DNA of 64,000 nucleotides from Vicugna vicugna. Its lineage: Eukaryota. Below are positions 50,241 to 63,662 of the stretch, piece by piece (the first letter of the stretch is position 1; each line of letters begins with the position of its first letter). Below the pieces are notes generated by a model. It saw nothing but the letters and a program-made list of their open reading frames with translations. It made no database searches and had not been told where the DNA came from. Location of the stretch: contig MU058844.1 in assembly GCA_013265495.1 (NCBI GenBank), forward strand, positions 4,579,535 through 4,643,534, in the 5' to 3' direction. Both the position numbers and the translations under genes were made by a program.

Positions 50241-52609
50241 AAAATTATTAACTGATAAATGTCATAAAATGTAATTTTAAAAAATTCTTTTGAAGACCCT
50301 GAGGGAATTATAAATATTCCCCCCCCAATATGAAGAAAGAGGAAGAAAGGTAGAGAGCTAACAATTATTCAGTGCCTTCTATATTTCAGGAACAGATAGC
50401 TGCTTTTCATTTCTTTTAATTATTACAACAAAGCCAAAAATTGCATATTTTAATCAACATTTTATAGCTGCAAAAAAGAATCATGAAGCTTAGAGAGTTA
50501 AACAATTTACTCCAACCACACAGCTGATGAAAGGTGAAGTTAGGAATTCAGACCAAAACACGTTCAACATACTATTTCATGCTCCTCTCCAAGAGAAAAA
50601 TCAGCATGCTCTGCATTGTCAAAAACATTCTTTTTTAGCTCTTAAAAGCACGAAGTGTTAATTTGGGGGTTAGCTATAGCAATAAGACCACAGTCAAGGA
50701 CAGATTCTGTCAGTGCAGTTTATCCTTTAGGCATTAAATCCCTGGTTTATGTTCAGAAAACCTTCTCCTTTATTATAATTAACTGTCAAATTAACTTTCA
50801 TGATGAATAATTTAACACAATTATTCACATATACTTTAGGAAGATTCTTACAAAGAAAATTAGACAATACCATGACATTTAAAATAAAGTTTCTACAACT
50901 TTTTGAGCTAAAACCAAATGATAATACAGTCTTAGAGACTAATCATGTAATTTTGAACTTTGGAACCATTTTAAAAATGACACTCTGTATTACCAAGGAT
51001 AAGAATGGCATATAAAGGTCATTATTGAATTGTTTAGGTGCATCCATGTGATATTATTTCACATTCTTAATAATTAAGATAATACATTTGAGGTCTGGTT
51101 CATAAAGTCTTGTGATATTTTAAAATGAGTTTCTCCCTTATAATATATAAAGAATTTTAAGCTATGAAAAAATATACCTTGTTCCTATACATTTAAGAAA
51201 TACAATGACTGAATTTTAGTTTCAGATTTTTTTAACTTATAAATCAATTGTTTTAGTGTCATATATGAGTCTTCAAAGTATGGATACATTTGATGGAGCT
51301 CAGATTTCCTAGACATCATTTATATTTATGCTATGCTGAAACATGACATAAAATGAATAGTGGATGGAGATTGAGAGTGGAAACCAGGGATCTGGACTCA
51401 CTGTAAAATATTATGTATTTCTACGTGTTCCTTATGTACTTCCAGTAAATATCACAGCTGGAAAAATTCCTCATTTCTTTTACATCCATCTTTTAGTATC
51501 TAGTACGGTGTAAACACTGGTAACTGTTCATATCTGGAAGATATCTTGGTATTTGACATTGTAGAAAAATACTTCTCTATGACTAATTTGAACTTTCCAT
51601 TTTATAAAAGTTCAGCTTTTACAAAATGCAGCTATGTGGGGTTGAAAAAAAAAAGTATTACAAGTGAAATGGTGAATTACCAGTGTTCATGACTCTTTGC
51701 CCTGGGTGATCCTTGTGTGTGGTTTTAACAGGAGAGAACACTCAGTTCTATTGAACTATCTTATTAGGCATCTTCTGTAGCCTCTGGAGCATCACTGGCA
51801 GTAGGCTGAGGCACACTCCTTGTGTAAATTGTTGGGATGCACCTTTATTCTGTAAAATGGCAAATGTCATTGTGCCCCTTTTATTTCCTGTCTTAACCTG
51901 CATGTGTTGGTTTTGAAAAATCACTACTAAACTGTATTTCTACCTGAGTATGGTTTCTCAGAAATCTAGACAGAGGATCTTGGGATACATAGCAGGCAAT
52001 TTCATTCTTTACTTCCCACTGAGCTTTGCTCTTATAGCTGAAATGGTATGTGACCTCTGTATCGCCTAGTCACAGCAGGGTAACTTTAAAGGACATTTGG
52101 CTGGTGTTAACATGAAAACCTTGAACATCAGGTTATTTTTGATGTAAGACCAAGTATACACAAGTGTTATTGGCTGAGCAAAGAGTGGTATTTTTCTCCC
52201 TTTGTCTTTTTTTCAGATCAAATAAAATTTACTCTTTGTTCAAGAGTACTATCTTAAAGTAGCACTGCCTCAATTTATCCATTTTCCTCTGGAAATAATT
52301 TCTTTATGGCTATACCAATAAGTCAGAACACTTTTATTTCCATTAGATATACTTGGCTTATATTTTATCACATAGAATCCTTGAGAATGAGAAGCAAGTG
52401 TTTCTTGTTACTAATATCCATGTAATCTACATTATATTCTGTACTTTTTAGATATTTGTAAGTATCAGAAATAAAATTGATTTTTACATCTCTGGATTTA
52501 CATGAGTCTCAAATATCACCCTCTATTTCAAGCAAAAATGTTTACATGTTATTATCATGAGTGAGTTTGACAACAGTTAATAGTTCCCGATCATTATTTT
52601 TTAATGTCT

Positions 52610-52750
52610 AGCGCTGTATTTGTATGCATGCATCACCTGGGGAAATCTTATTAAAATGCAGATTCTGATTTGGTAAGACTGAGACAAGTCTGAGAATCTG
52701 CACTTCAAACAGGCACCTGGGGGATATTGATGTTGCTGGTCCAAGGACTA
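52610..52750. mobile_element. MER5A-type MITE
   Basis: catcacctggggaaatcttattaaaatgcagattctgatt...ctgagaatctgcacttcaaacag...gatgttgctggtcca. Confidence 0.75.
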
Positions 52751-55700
52751 TATGACAGCCATGTATAGTAGACACTCGTTTTCAGATAAGGAAGTTGAAA
52801 TTAGAGAGATGAAATAATTTGCCCAATATAATACAATTAGAATTCGGCAGACCTGGGACTAAAAACAATTTCTATTTGTTGCCAAAGCTCATCGTTAACC
52901 AATGCTTCCAAAACTTACTTATGGGAACGTACTCATTTTTCTCTCTCCAAACTATTGCAGATTTTTATAAAGTATAATGTAAATGAACTAGTAGAGAAAT
53001 GAAATGGAAGCCTGTATGTTTTCTTTTTATTCAACAGATAGAAAATTCAGTAAGTTACTTTAGGAGTTGCAAAATGCTTACTCCCAATTTCCGTGTTATT
53101 TCATTCAGTAAAAATTCAAAGACAAGCACTGATCCACTAACTGCACTTTGAGTTGTATTGCTCCAAACCAGTATAACATTCAGGCAATTTTTATATGCAC
53201 TTGTCAACTCAATGGAAATGACAATGGTAGTTTTTTTTAATTAAAAATATAGTTATTTATATTTAATACATGGATTTGGTTTAAAAGGGGGAAAAAAACG
53301 AAAGGAAAAAGGAAGAAAGGAAAAAGGAAAGTAGGAAGAAAGAAAATACCAATAAGAAAACTGAAAATAAAACTTAATTCTGCCTCTTATAGATATTAAA
53401 ATCTTACAGATGGGTCTTATAAGATTTTGCTTTAAGAAGCAAAAGTTAGCCTTTTGTCTTGTTCCCAATTTGTCAGTGAAAAGTATATTTTTTTTTCTAG
53501 AAGGATTGCTATTTGCTTCTTAGTTCAATTGAATTTTTATTCCTTTTTGTTTCTGTATTAATGTGTGTGGCGTTAGACACCTTGTCCTTGACTCTGAGTG
53601 TAAACTCAGGCAGAGGTTACATCAATATTTTTTCCATCATTTCATAAGGAAGATAACACTTTATATTATTTATCAATTTTAAACATTCTACCTTTCTTCA
53701 TTCATCTCAGAAGAAAATACAAGATAAAGCAGTCCCTACTTGTGAACACAACTAATGTGTTCATAGATCAGTGTGGAGAATGTCTGCTCTTTCTCCTTTT
53801 ATCTCATTAATCTGAAGTATTTCCATATATTTTTTAAAAGAGAATCTGCCACAGTTTCAGAATTGTCTTACTCCAGAATCGTTTAAAGTCAAATTCTTTT
53901 AGAGAAGATAGTTAACTTTAGTTCCTTAGTGGTGTTTAAACTTTTGATGAAATGGTAGGATTGTTTTCTGTTATGACTGTTGATCTGACACCTAAGATTG
54001 TCTCTTTTTATAATATCAGTACTTTTGTCTACCTTCTGAATGTAGTCAAATTCCAGTGTTCAACAACTTGAAACTTTGTTCCTTTGTTTGGAATGTTTAA
54101 TTTTTTTCTCCTATTATGTAGAAATTGCAATAAAATCGTTCTGAATCTATACTAAGGAGCACAGGAATTGTAAATCACTAAAGTTTGCAATAATATTGTC
54201 TAGGAAATAAAAATACATTGAGTCAACTAATTCCTGAGATTGTACCATGGTAGTCTAAGGGAATCTATATATCAGAGTCCTGAAAAAAAGAGTTCTTTAA
54301 TTTTCCTTAAATCTTTCTTTTGGGGTGTCAACTTCCCATAGCAAACCCAGAGAGAACTGGTTTGCATATTGGCTCTGTTGCTAGAAGCTTCATTGCCTTA
54401 AGGAAGATACATACTTCTTTAAAATTTTTTCGTGTTCTCAGTAGTAAAATGGGATTAATAGTATATCTACCTCATAGTGGTTTGGGGGTTACATGAGTAG
54501 TACATGAAAGGAACCTAGCTTGTTTAAGATGTTCAGTAGTGTTTGTTTCCTTTAAACTTTACTTTTGAGGGAGCATATGTGGAGAAGTCATATTGACAGT
54601 TTTGTATTCATGAACAATATCTGTGAAATAATGTTTTACACAGAGGAAATTCTTTATTGTTTTGTGGTATATGTGTATCATACATCTATGTCTATATCAA
54701 CACTTACTTCTATATTCCTACATCGATGTCTATATCCAGCTCCGCTTTCTACTCTACATCTTTATTGATCATCTAGACCTATAAATCTGATACATTTAGC
54801 TCTTGTCTATCCATCTTCATCATCATCTATCAATCTGTCTTTTTAAAATTATTTTTCTATCAGTAACAAGGAGATAACATTTACTCATATTACAAACCAA
54901 GTATGGAAAGATAATGTAACTTTTTGCATCTGTAACAGATCTAATCCTCCTCTCTCACCTCTGACCCCACAGAATATTAAGGCAGAAGGGGAACTTGTCA
55001 CTTAAGAGCGTCCATTTCCTCTGGTTGAAATGATGTCCTCTGGATAACTCAGTCTCCTTTAAGCAAATGCTTGGCTTTTCATATTTTCTCCACCAACAAC
55101 CTGCCTCTCTGCAAGGTGATATCTGGATACACTGGAGGCCTATATGATTTGGGATGGTGGGAAAAGAGGATGGCGTTCTTTGAATGCTCTGTTTCTATCA
55201 TAGGTAGCTGATGGTCTGGTAGTCTTTGGCCTTTTTTGAGTGGTAGGTGGCACCTATGACCAAAGCCTGTGTTTCTGCCCATGGTTCCCTCACATACTAT
55301 AGGCTGTGACCCCTTCTGGATCCTTCCTCTTCTCTTACCAGGGCACATGGGAATCTCTAAATCATCAACATATGCAGACTGAGGGGTCAGGGTACTGCAC
55401 AGGATCTTTTCCCAATTATCTTTTCTGCAAAAGCTGTACTACTTGTATTCTATGATGGGCATAACACTGAGCTGGTTGCTAGACTTCTAAAGAACTTCAC
55501 CCTCTCCAGATATGCCAGTAGTGGTCCTATTGTCTTTTGGACACCCCTGTATGTAATTGGATAGAAATAACACCCATGTGCAGCTTAGTCATGAGAAGTG
55601 GAAAAATGGTAACCCTAAAATCTGCCCTTTTATCCTACTCTTCTCTCTCTCATCCTTCCATCATCCTCCTGGAGGAAAGGGAGAAAGGGACCAGCTGTTT

Positions 55701-58700
55701 CCTCTCCTTTTGTAACACAGCTTCCCCTATGTTAATCCCTTCTTCTCTCTGTGGATTCAGAGAAGGAGGGGTATCATTATACAAGTTTTATGTGCATTAA
55801 AAATTATTCCAAAAATATTGGGGTCGATGGATACACACAGGCCATCACTCTCCTTTAAAAGGGAAAAATTATAACTGAAACTAAAAGTATTCATTTAACC
55901 CTCTTTATATCATTTCAGAATATTTAACAACTAGGAATTGGTTATAAGTAAATCCATCACTGCAAGAGATCTTATTTATAGGGATTCCTTTAATTTTCTG
56001 ACTAAAGAGTATGACCTGTAGCTCTTAGTTGGTAAGTGTTCTTTTCATCTGTGACTTTTCCAGTATTGAAATGTAACCTCTAATGCTGGAAATTATTATA
56101 TTCTTTCAGCTTAAAAAATTAAACCAATGCCGTTGATGTGTTTTTCTCATAGATTTCTTGAACAGAGACACTCATTGAAGCAAATTCATACAGGTTCAGA
56201 CTACTATTTGATTTATTGAATATGTGGGATTAGCCATACTTTGTATACATCTTTTAGTTTATTTACTCCTTCCATCATTACGTTTAGTATGTATACCTAT
56301 TTTTCCCCAAAACATGAAAATACATCGTCATATTTATTTCATTTATTCAATAAAAAATCCATTGAATACTATAAGGCAATGGACTTATTCTGTGCATACA
56401 CAAATAAATTAAAAAATTCCCCTACCCTTGGCTTAGAACATACAACCAAGCAAGATAGTTAAGTATGTAAATGAAATAATTTAATAGGATGTCTGTTTGT
56501 AATATACCTTTAATATACTTTCCAGTTTCTTTAACTTTCCTGTACAATAATTTCAGCAACTGATTTATCTCTGGTACTGTTTCTGTTGGCTATTTCTTCT
56601 CCTGAAAATGGGTAACATTTTCTTACATCTTGTAATTTTTATTATGTGCTTGACATTATAGGGTAAAAGAAAAGTCGAGACTGAAATACTTAATATTTAC
56701 CCCCCTAGAAAGGAATGCCTCTCCTTTTGTTAGGTTGCTAGTTTGTGGGGGAGGATGAGTCAATATAATATGTAGTTAAACTGTATTTAGATTTTATTGT
56801 ATCTTCAGCTAAGCTTCAAATTCACCATTAACTTCAAATATTTTGAGTGCAGAATTGAGATTTTCCTTTTAGCAGGACTTGGAATTTGATCACCAGAATC
56901 AAGAGATCACTTTATGCTTTATTGCTCACCAGGCAGCGTTTGGCACCACGGAGTTCCCTTGCTGTCTTGATCAGGTCTCAACCTTTGGGGAGCTCTGAAA
57001 ACTCATTTCTCTCGGACCTCATGCCCAATAGTTAGACTTTAGATGGCTGCTGCTGTGCACTGTACAGTGACGACTAAGTGCTTTGTGAGGGATTTCTGTG
57101 AACTTTCCTGTCTCAGTTTTTAGTGAGGTGTAATAAACATAAGAAAGTGTTAATAGAATTATTATGTCAGTGTGCTGGTGGGCAGGCAAGACCTTGATGT
57201 GTGACGCTTGATCTGGTCCTTTAAAGATAAACAGGATTTGGCTTGATAGAAGAGGTAATGGAAGGACCCTAATCCATATATTCTTACATCTAGTTAAGAA
57301 TGGCTGTACATTAACAGGGCTGAGGAGAATATAGGAACAGAGGTCAGGAGACCCAGGGAAGCTGAGAGAGAACAACAGCCACAACAAAGCAGATATCAGG
57401 ACAAGAGTACTGTGATATGAGCATAAAAACTGGGCAAATCGTCATGAGAACAGGAGATTGAAAGTTAGTGGAGTGACTGTCCTGGGGAAAATACATAGCG
57501 ATTCATACTAGTTTGATTATTAATGTAGGTATCAGTTTTGATGTGGTGAACCCTAAGGCAAAAAGTGCTGGGAGTATGTATTATCAGGAAGTATAACTTA
57601 GAAAATCACACCCATAGTTCTATCTGATTTCAGTGCTTATGGGCATGATGTTATACTCCATTGGTGAGGTGTGATTTGAGTTGGGACTTGAGTGCTGGAT
57701 ATTAGTTATAAGCAAAGGTGGGTGGTGCAATGGGAAGAGACAGACTCAGGGCTGTGAAAGAATGTCATCAGAGGCTGGAAGGTAGGAACTTGGGGGACAT
57801 GTTAGAAAAACAAAGTGGGACTTTTTATTCTCACTTATTAGTGTCAAGTTCAATTTAACATGTATAAAATCAAACACAAAATCTTGACTATATTTTTGTC
57901 TATATTCTAGGGCATCTGTAAAGTTTGATATCAGATACAAAACTTAAATATCAACTTCTGTGGGTTACTGAATTAATAAGAGGAAAAAAATCTTAAGGTT
58001 TTTTTGACTTTAATCACCAATTCAGTAAGCACTTGAATGTAGTTTATTTGGACAAACATTTATTGAACTCCTATGTGACAGATAGTATGTTCAATGATGG
58101 GATTATGAAGAGAAATAAGATATGGCCCCTCAAGGGACCTAGAGTAGTGGGAGAGACACATTGGTAGATAATTAAAATACAACCTTCTACATATATTGTT
58201 AGAAGTATGTTCTCACCAATATTGATATTTTTCTTACAACTGCAATTATTCTTCAAACCAATAAGGAATTGTTTGATTGTTAAGGAAAAATACCTATGAT
58301 TTCTAGGCTTTTGGTTTTTCTTTATTTTGGTTAAGCAAGAAAAATGCACAGTTTTTGTTTATATAACATATAACTTTAAAAAGGATTTATGGATATTAAA
58401 GAGATTTTGTTAGTTGGACATTAAATGTATTTTTAAGTCAAAGAGAAATGAAGGCAGTCATAATAGAATATGCTGTCGGATGTAAATAAGGATTCCTTTG
58501 GCTGAATTCATATCTTTTGTCTTATATCATCATATTCCAAGAGATTTCACTGCATATCTCTCAGTTTCATGAGCTTTCTTTCATATATCTCTTGGAAGCA
58601 CAGTGATTTATTTTTTGTTATTGGTCCTGGTTGGTGCCAGGGTGTTTGCTGTATCATCTGTGTTTGAGTGGCATGAAATTAACAGTTGGCTCCAGACATA

Positions 58701-60274
58701 AGTACCCTACAGGTCAGCATTTCTAAGTGTCATCAAGGGCAGACCAATAGTTTGATCTTTAGAAGACCTTTATGTAACATTTGGGAGCAGCCAATATCTT
58801 TAGAAAACTCTCAATTGAATGAATTAATAATTTGAAGTACAAATAGGAATTTTTTATTCCTAGGAATTTGAACCTAGGAATAACAACAAAAACTAGAACT
58901 TGTGATTCTTTAATAGCAATTTTTACTTTGTGCTTGATAAATTGAGTGTAGCAACAATAAGAATGGGATGCCAAGTCAGTTAACTGCTTCATGAAGCCAG
59001 ATATATTTGAACTCAATAAGGAATAGGATACAGGTATAATAAGAATGGTTAATATTCAGTAAGAGAAACCACAAAATAGATTTTGCATTTTCTGTCACTA
59101 AGGGTTTTATCTTCATATCCATTTGAACCATCAGAGAATATGAAACTCATACTTTTTTCGCAGGGTCAGTCATTACTTGCCACATAGCTGTACTTTGCCA
59201 AAATCCAACTTGATGGACCATAAAAATAAGGATAATTTACTCAATATGTTTTAAATGGAGCAATAATCATTGTATGCCAGGAACCTACAAAGGCTTTTTT
59301 CTTGGGGTGAGCATATCTCAGATCCACACAAAGGAAGAAGGGAAGTTTAGAGATGTAGTTGAGATGGGTGAGAACACTCAGTAAGTACTGGGGGAATGTA
59401 ATGTGTCCATGTTGTACTAGGTACCATATAGTGAGGAAGAAGAACTAAGTGGGAACTTCGACGAGTGTCAGAGGGGAGATTAATTATGTTGAAACTTAAG
59501 GAAGAGAAGATTGAGGGCAAACCCCACATCTTGAAGTATTTGATTACTATTATCAAGATGGCCATACCCCAAGGAGGGAGACACAGTGTTATGGGGTAGA
59601 GAGACTGCTCGGTTTTCAGTCAGGTGCTAGAGATCAATCCTGTTCTGGCATTAATTTACTCTTTCAATTTAAGCATTTACTTAAAAAAAAAGCTTCAGTT
59701 TTGTCATCTGTCAAATGGCCTATTTTATCTATAAGAGTTCTTTCAGCTTTAACTCAGTGATCCATAGATTCTTTCTCTAGTTACACCAAGGCAAGAACAA
59801 CAACAAAAAAGAATTTAGATTATACACGTTGGGTTTTAGTTAGAAATAAAAACACATTTTCTAGAAGCGAGAGGAACTCAGTATTGGGAAGTATCTCTAA
59901 GAGAAGCCAAGATGCCACTGTTTCAGCATATAAGTGAACACGTCTGACTTTCAACACTGCTACTAGAAGCTATGCTAGAGTCTGGTCAGCTGTCCTAGTG
60001 TGCAGAGGAGGAAAGGAAAATGGACACAGTGGTCTGTGCTGAGAATCTTTATGCCAAGAAAGTCCGCAGTTCTCAGAAAACAAACTGTAAAATTACACTA
60101 TTAGCTTTCACAATGAATATATTTTCCTTCTGTGTTGCGCAGAAGCTCCTTTGTCAGAACTACAACAATTTTCTCATATCTTAGCTTTTATTCTTGCAAC
60201 TCAGTTAGTAGAAAGATGGAAAATTAGGGAACTACCTTGTTAGAACTTTTGAAATACACCCTGTCTAGTGGACT

Positions 60275-60293
60275 TCCCCACTAGGTGGCACTC
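60275..60293 (+). promoter_or_regulatory. Putative CTCF binding site
   Basis: ccactaggtggcac (60278-60291) matches the CCASYAGRKGGCRS consensus at every position; motif only, no binding data. Confidence 0.55.
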
Positions 60294-60681
60294 TAATTAT
60301 GTAAGAACTACCACGTTAAAAATCAATAATATCGACTTTATACATGAAAAATTTCACTTACTCTGTTTTAAAATTGTTTTCCCCTTACCACTCAAATGAA
60401 AAGCCTAGGTCTAAGAACACTTGAATTTTTTATATGTAGTTTTAGAAGATTGTCAAATTCAGTTATTTTGTTGGGCATTCAGTAATTTATAAGGCCCTTT
60501 CGTACATCATATAACAAGAAGCAAAATTCAATAAACACTGGGTGGTGTGAAAAATTAGTTTATGTTTAGTTGGTTCTGTTTGGATGTTTTAAAGTGAATT
60601 GTACACTTTTTAAACTCTACAATGTGATGAGTGATGTAAAAAGTTTTTAAGTGTTTTAAGTGTTTTAAAAATGTAAGGGAA

Positions 60682-60800
60682 GGGGAGGGTATAGTGCAGT
60701 GGCAGAGCGCATGCTTAGCATGCAAAAGGTCCTGGGTTCAATCCCCAGCTCCTCCATCAAAAATAAATAAACCTAATTGCCACCCTCCCCACCAAAACAA
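60682..60800 (+). mobile_element. tRNA-Ala-derived camelid-type SINE (Vic-1-like), left monomer
   Basis: ggggagggtatagtgcagtggcagagcgcatgcttagcatgc...ggttcaatccccag (mutated A box, intact B box), then aaataaataaacctaatt...cc and short A tail. Confidence 0.88.
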
Positions 60801-60934
60801 GGGGGGGAGGGTATAGCTCAAGTGGTAGAGCGCATGCCTAGCATGCCTGAGGTCCTGGGTTCAATCCCCAGTACCTCCACTGAAAAATCAAATAAATAAG
60901 TAAACCTAATTACCTCCCCCCTGCAAAAAAAAAA
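60801..60934 (+). mobile_element. tRNA-Ala-derived camelid-type SINE (Vic-1-like), right monomer
   Basis: gggggagggtatagctcaagtggtagagcgcatgcc...ggttcaatccccagtacctcc...taaacctaattacctccccc plus poly-A; TSD aaaaatgtaaggga flanks the pair. Confidence 0.92.
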
Positions 60935-61954
60935 AAAAATGTAAGGGAGGTATGAAGGGAAATGCTGTTGCTCTGAAATAAGCTACATCTCAATCTATTT
61001 GTTGCTTATGAATATGGATATATTTAATGGAAATAAATGGGTTTCAAAACGTTTTCTATAAAAATCCCCTTTAAAGATCTCATCTCCAAAGATGGGTAAT
61101 AGTCCTCTGTCCTCTGCTTGATCTTTCAGGAGCTTGGCTTTCCCTGATGAACAGTGGATTATTTTCATGTGTATATATTGGTCAACAACAGGAAGCTTTA
61201 AAAGTTGGACTGCAAAGTGACATTCCACTTCTAGAATGACCAAGAAGACCAGAAACCAAAACCAGATACATCCGTGCTTTAGCTTAGTTGAGCTGGGAGG
61301 GAAAAAAAAAACCAAAAGACTTATAGCCAAATAGCAGAGAGGCCCATACTTGGGGTTGGTTTTCAGTAGCAACAACAATCCCAATTAAGAGTAGAACAAA
61401 ATAGGAAATGAAAAGTCAAGCAGTGTACATTGTCTTTTATAAAATTAATACCTGAAAAATATGACTATCTATACATTGATAAATTTCATAAGATTAAAAA
61501 AAATCATAATATCCTGATGTACCCTGAGAAACATCTGACTTTAAAATGTAGAATTAAAAGGTAGATGATTTAGGAAAAAATAAATGCTTTGTAAAAAGGA
61601 TTAATTTCAGTTTTCTTTTTAGTGAATTATACCAAGTCATTTGGAATATGATTGCTCATTAAAATTAGGTACACATCTAACTTACAAGAACACATTCACT
61701 GGCCCTCATACCTTTCTTACCTCTGAAGTTATTTACTTCTTTCTTTTACTCTTTGTTTTGTTAATATTTTGAATTCCTCATTAAAGTTTACAATCCCCTG
61801 ACTAAATCTAGTGTGTGCCATGTGGTAGATATCTGATAAATGTGTGAATAAATTGATGAATCAATATTGTACAAAGAGACATTAGTTTACACAGCTAAGA
61901 AAATGTGATTGAAATTTATAATGTATTTTAAAGGATAGAAATTTCTCTTCCAAA

Positions 61955-62448
61955 TGACCTTGATACTTCCCTTAGCTTAACTAAACTTTTCACAGGTTTT
62001 GTTCTAACAGTAGGGTCCTTTCTTTTTCTTAGAGCGTTTATTTTTAAAAACCTTGCAATTGTAAATTCTTCCCCTGTGTCTTAGATTTAGTCTTCTCTCA
62101 GACTCTAACCAGTATTACAACCTAGGAATGTCTTCCTCTAGGACCTAGGAGCCATCACTTTGAAATGTTGTCACAAGAAAGATAACACCTCTGTCTCCCA
62201 TCTCTGTAGGGGGTAGGTAGAAAAGTTAGAATAAGTTAGATAAATGCCAGTGCTGGTGGTCTGATCACGTTGACCACCCTCCCCTCAGAAGTTCTTCCTC
62301 CGGTACTTTTCCACTAGCTCACCCTAGTGCTTAAAAACTCTCTTGCTTTTGTCTCATTGGAGTTGGATTCAATTTCTCTACCCTATTGTAACAGTCATGA
62401 ATTCAATCTTTCTTACTGTTTAACTTGTCCAGTGCAATTCTCTTTGAT
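61955..62448 (+). mobile_element. ERV1 solo LTR (MER89/MER90-like)
   Basis: tgacc...cttaactaaacttt...cttagagcgttta...ttgcaattgtaaattctt...ggagccatcactttgaaatg...ttttccactagctcaccc...gtgcaattctctttga. Confidence 0.75.
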
Positions 62449-62718
62449 TCTAGTTTCATTTTTAAGAATCAAATAGATACTGGAACATAAAATATGCTAT
62501 ACTAGGTCACACTGGTGGTCATCTGGGCCAGTGTTAAATCTCTAATACCATTAGTGGTGTTTGATTTTTCTTATGAATACCAACCTTAAATGTTTAGACT
62601 ATAATCTGTAACCATTTCTATAATTATTGATGTTTAATCTTCTCTTGCAAAGAGATTATCAAAATTATTATAATAGATAGCTAAATTTCTCCAGTAAAAA
62701 TGTTAACGGAGATCTGGG

Positions 62719-62761
62719 GTGTGTCTGTGTGTGTGTCTGTATGTAAGAGAGAGAGAGAGAG
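62719..62761 (+). repeat. Compound (TG)n/(GA)n microsatellite
   Basis: gtgtgtctgtgtgtgtgtctgtatgtaagagagagagagagag seen directly. Confidence 0.85.
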
Positions 62762-63225
62762 GCATAGATGGCATTATGAGAGGTCAACCAGAATTAGAGG
62801 AGCATTTCTTCAGAGTACCATGTAACATCTTAAGTATTATCCCACTCACGGTCAACAGACTTGAAATTAAGTGGGGAATCTGTTGACAGTAGTTCAGCAA
62901 TTGATACATTGAGGACCCAGATTTAGAAATTTCACATACTTGACAGTCACTTTTTATAGTATTACTTTATTATCTTCTAAAAATATTTCTCTAAAGCTTC
63001 AAGGGATAAGTTGAATTTTGTGCTTCTAGTATTTGTTTAAGATTTATACATGATGATATAGACTTTGATCAGATACTCTTCAGATTCTCCCTTAATGTAG
63101 CTCCTCAATTCTAAAGAGATCAGATCTTCTGACAAGATCTCCAAAGAGAAACAGACTATGAATTTTAATTCTGGAAGGGAGGGAAGCTTCTTTTTCTCCA
63201 TCCCCCTGAACTCAGTAGTCCAGAT

Positions 63226-63662
63226 TGTAATAGTTTTTTTGTTGTTGTTTTAAGCTGCTTTGACCTAAATTTCAAAATCCTGGCTAGAGGCTGATCAGTT
63301 CTTGATTAGCTGATTAAGTGCACACCTCAACCACTTCTCTTAGTGGGCCCTCCTACTCCAGGCCCAGTATACACACATCCTAATTGCCTCGGGGCCAGGT
63401 ACCGACACCTGGGGATGGCCCCTGTGCTAATGAGCTGAGAAAATGACATTATGCAAATTAGCCAATCTACAGGGAGCCATGGAAACCTAGATGACCAGGA
63501 GCTGTTTATAAACTGCCTCCTACAGCTCTGACTTGCCCTTATTTGTTCCAGGATACTATCCCCTGTGTGGCCCTAACTGGCAGCCTTCTTTCCTTTGGAG
63601 GTATAAATAACAAAGAGTTCTGCATTTCATCAATTTTAGTATCAGAGTGTTGTGTCCTGCCT
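63226..63662 (+). mobile_element. ERVL solo LTR (MER73/MER74-like)
   Basis: tgtaatagt...gctgctttgacc...gctgattaagtgcacacc...ggggccaggtacc...tagccaatc...taacaaag...tgttgtgtcctgcc. Confidence 0.72.

Noticed and set aside
60682..60880. Two tRNA-Ala-like sequences that could be called tRNA genes
   Set aside because: Each continues into a SINE tail with poly-A and the pair is flanked by a TSD; acceptor stems are not properly paired. They are SINE heads.
60995..61384. 129-aa minus-strand ORF with hydrophobic N-terminus
   Set aside because: Non-ATG start, crosses a homopolymer run, no recognisable domain, and no poly-A/TSD of a retrocopy; a BLASTP/tBLASTn search would be needed to revive it.
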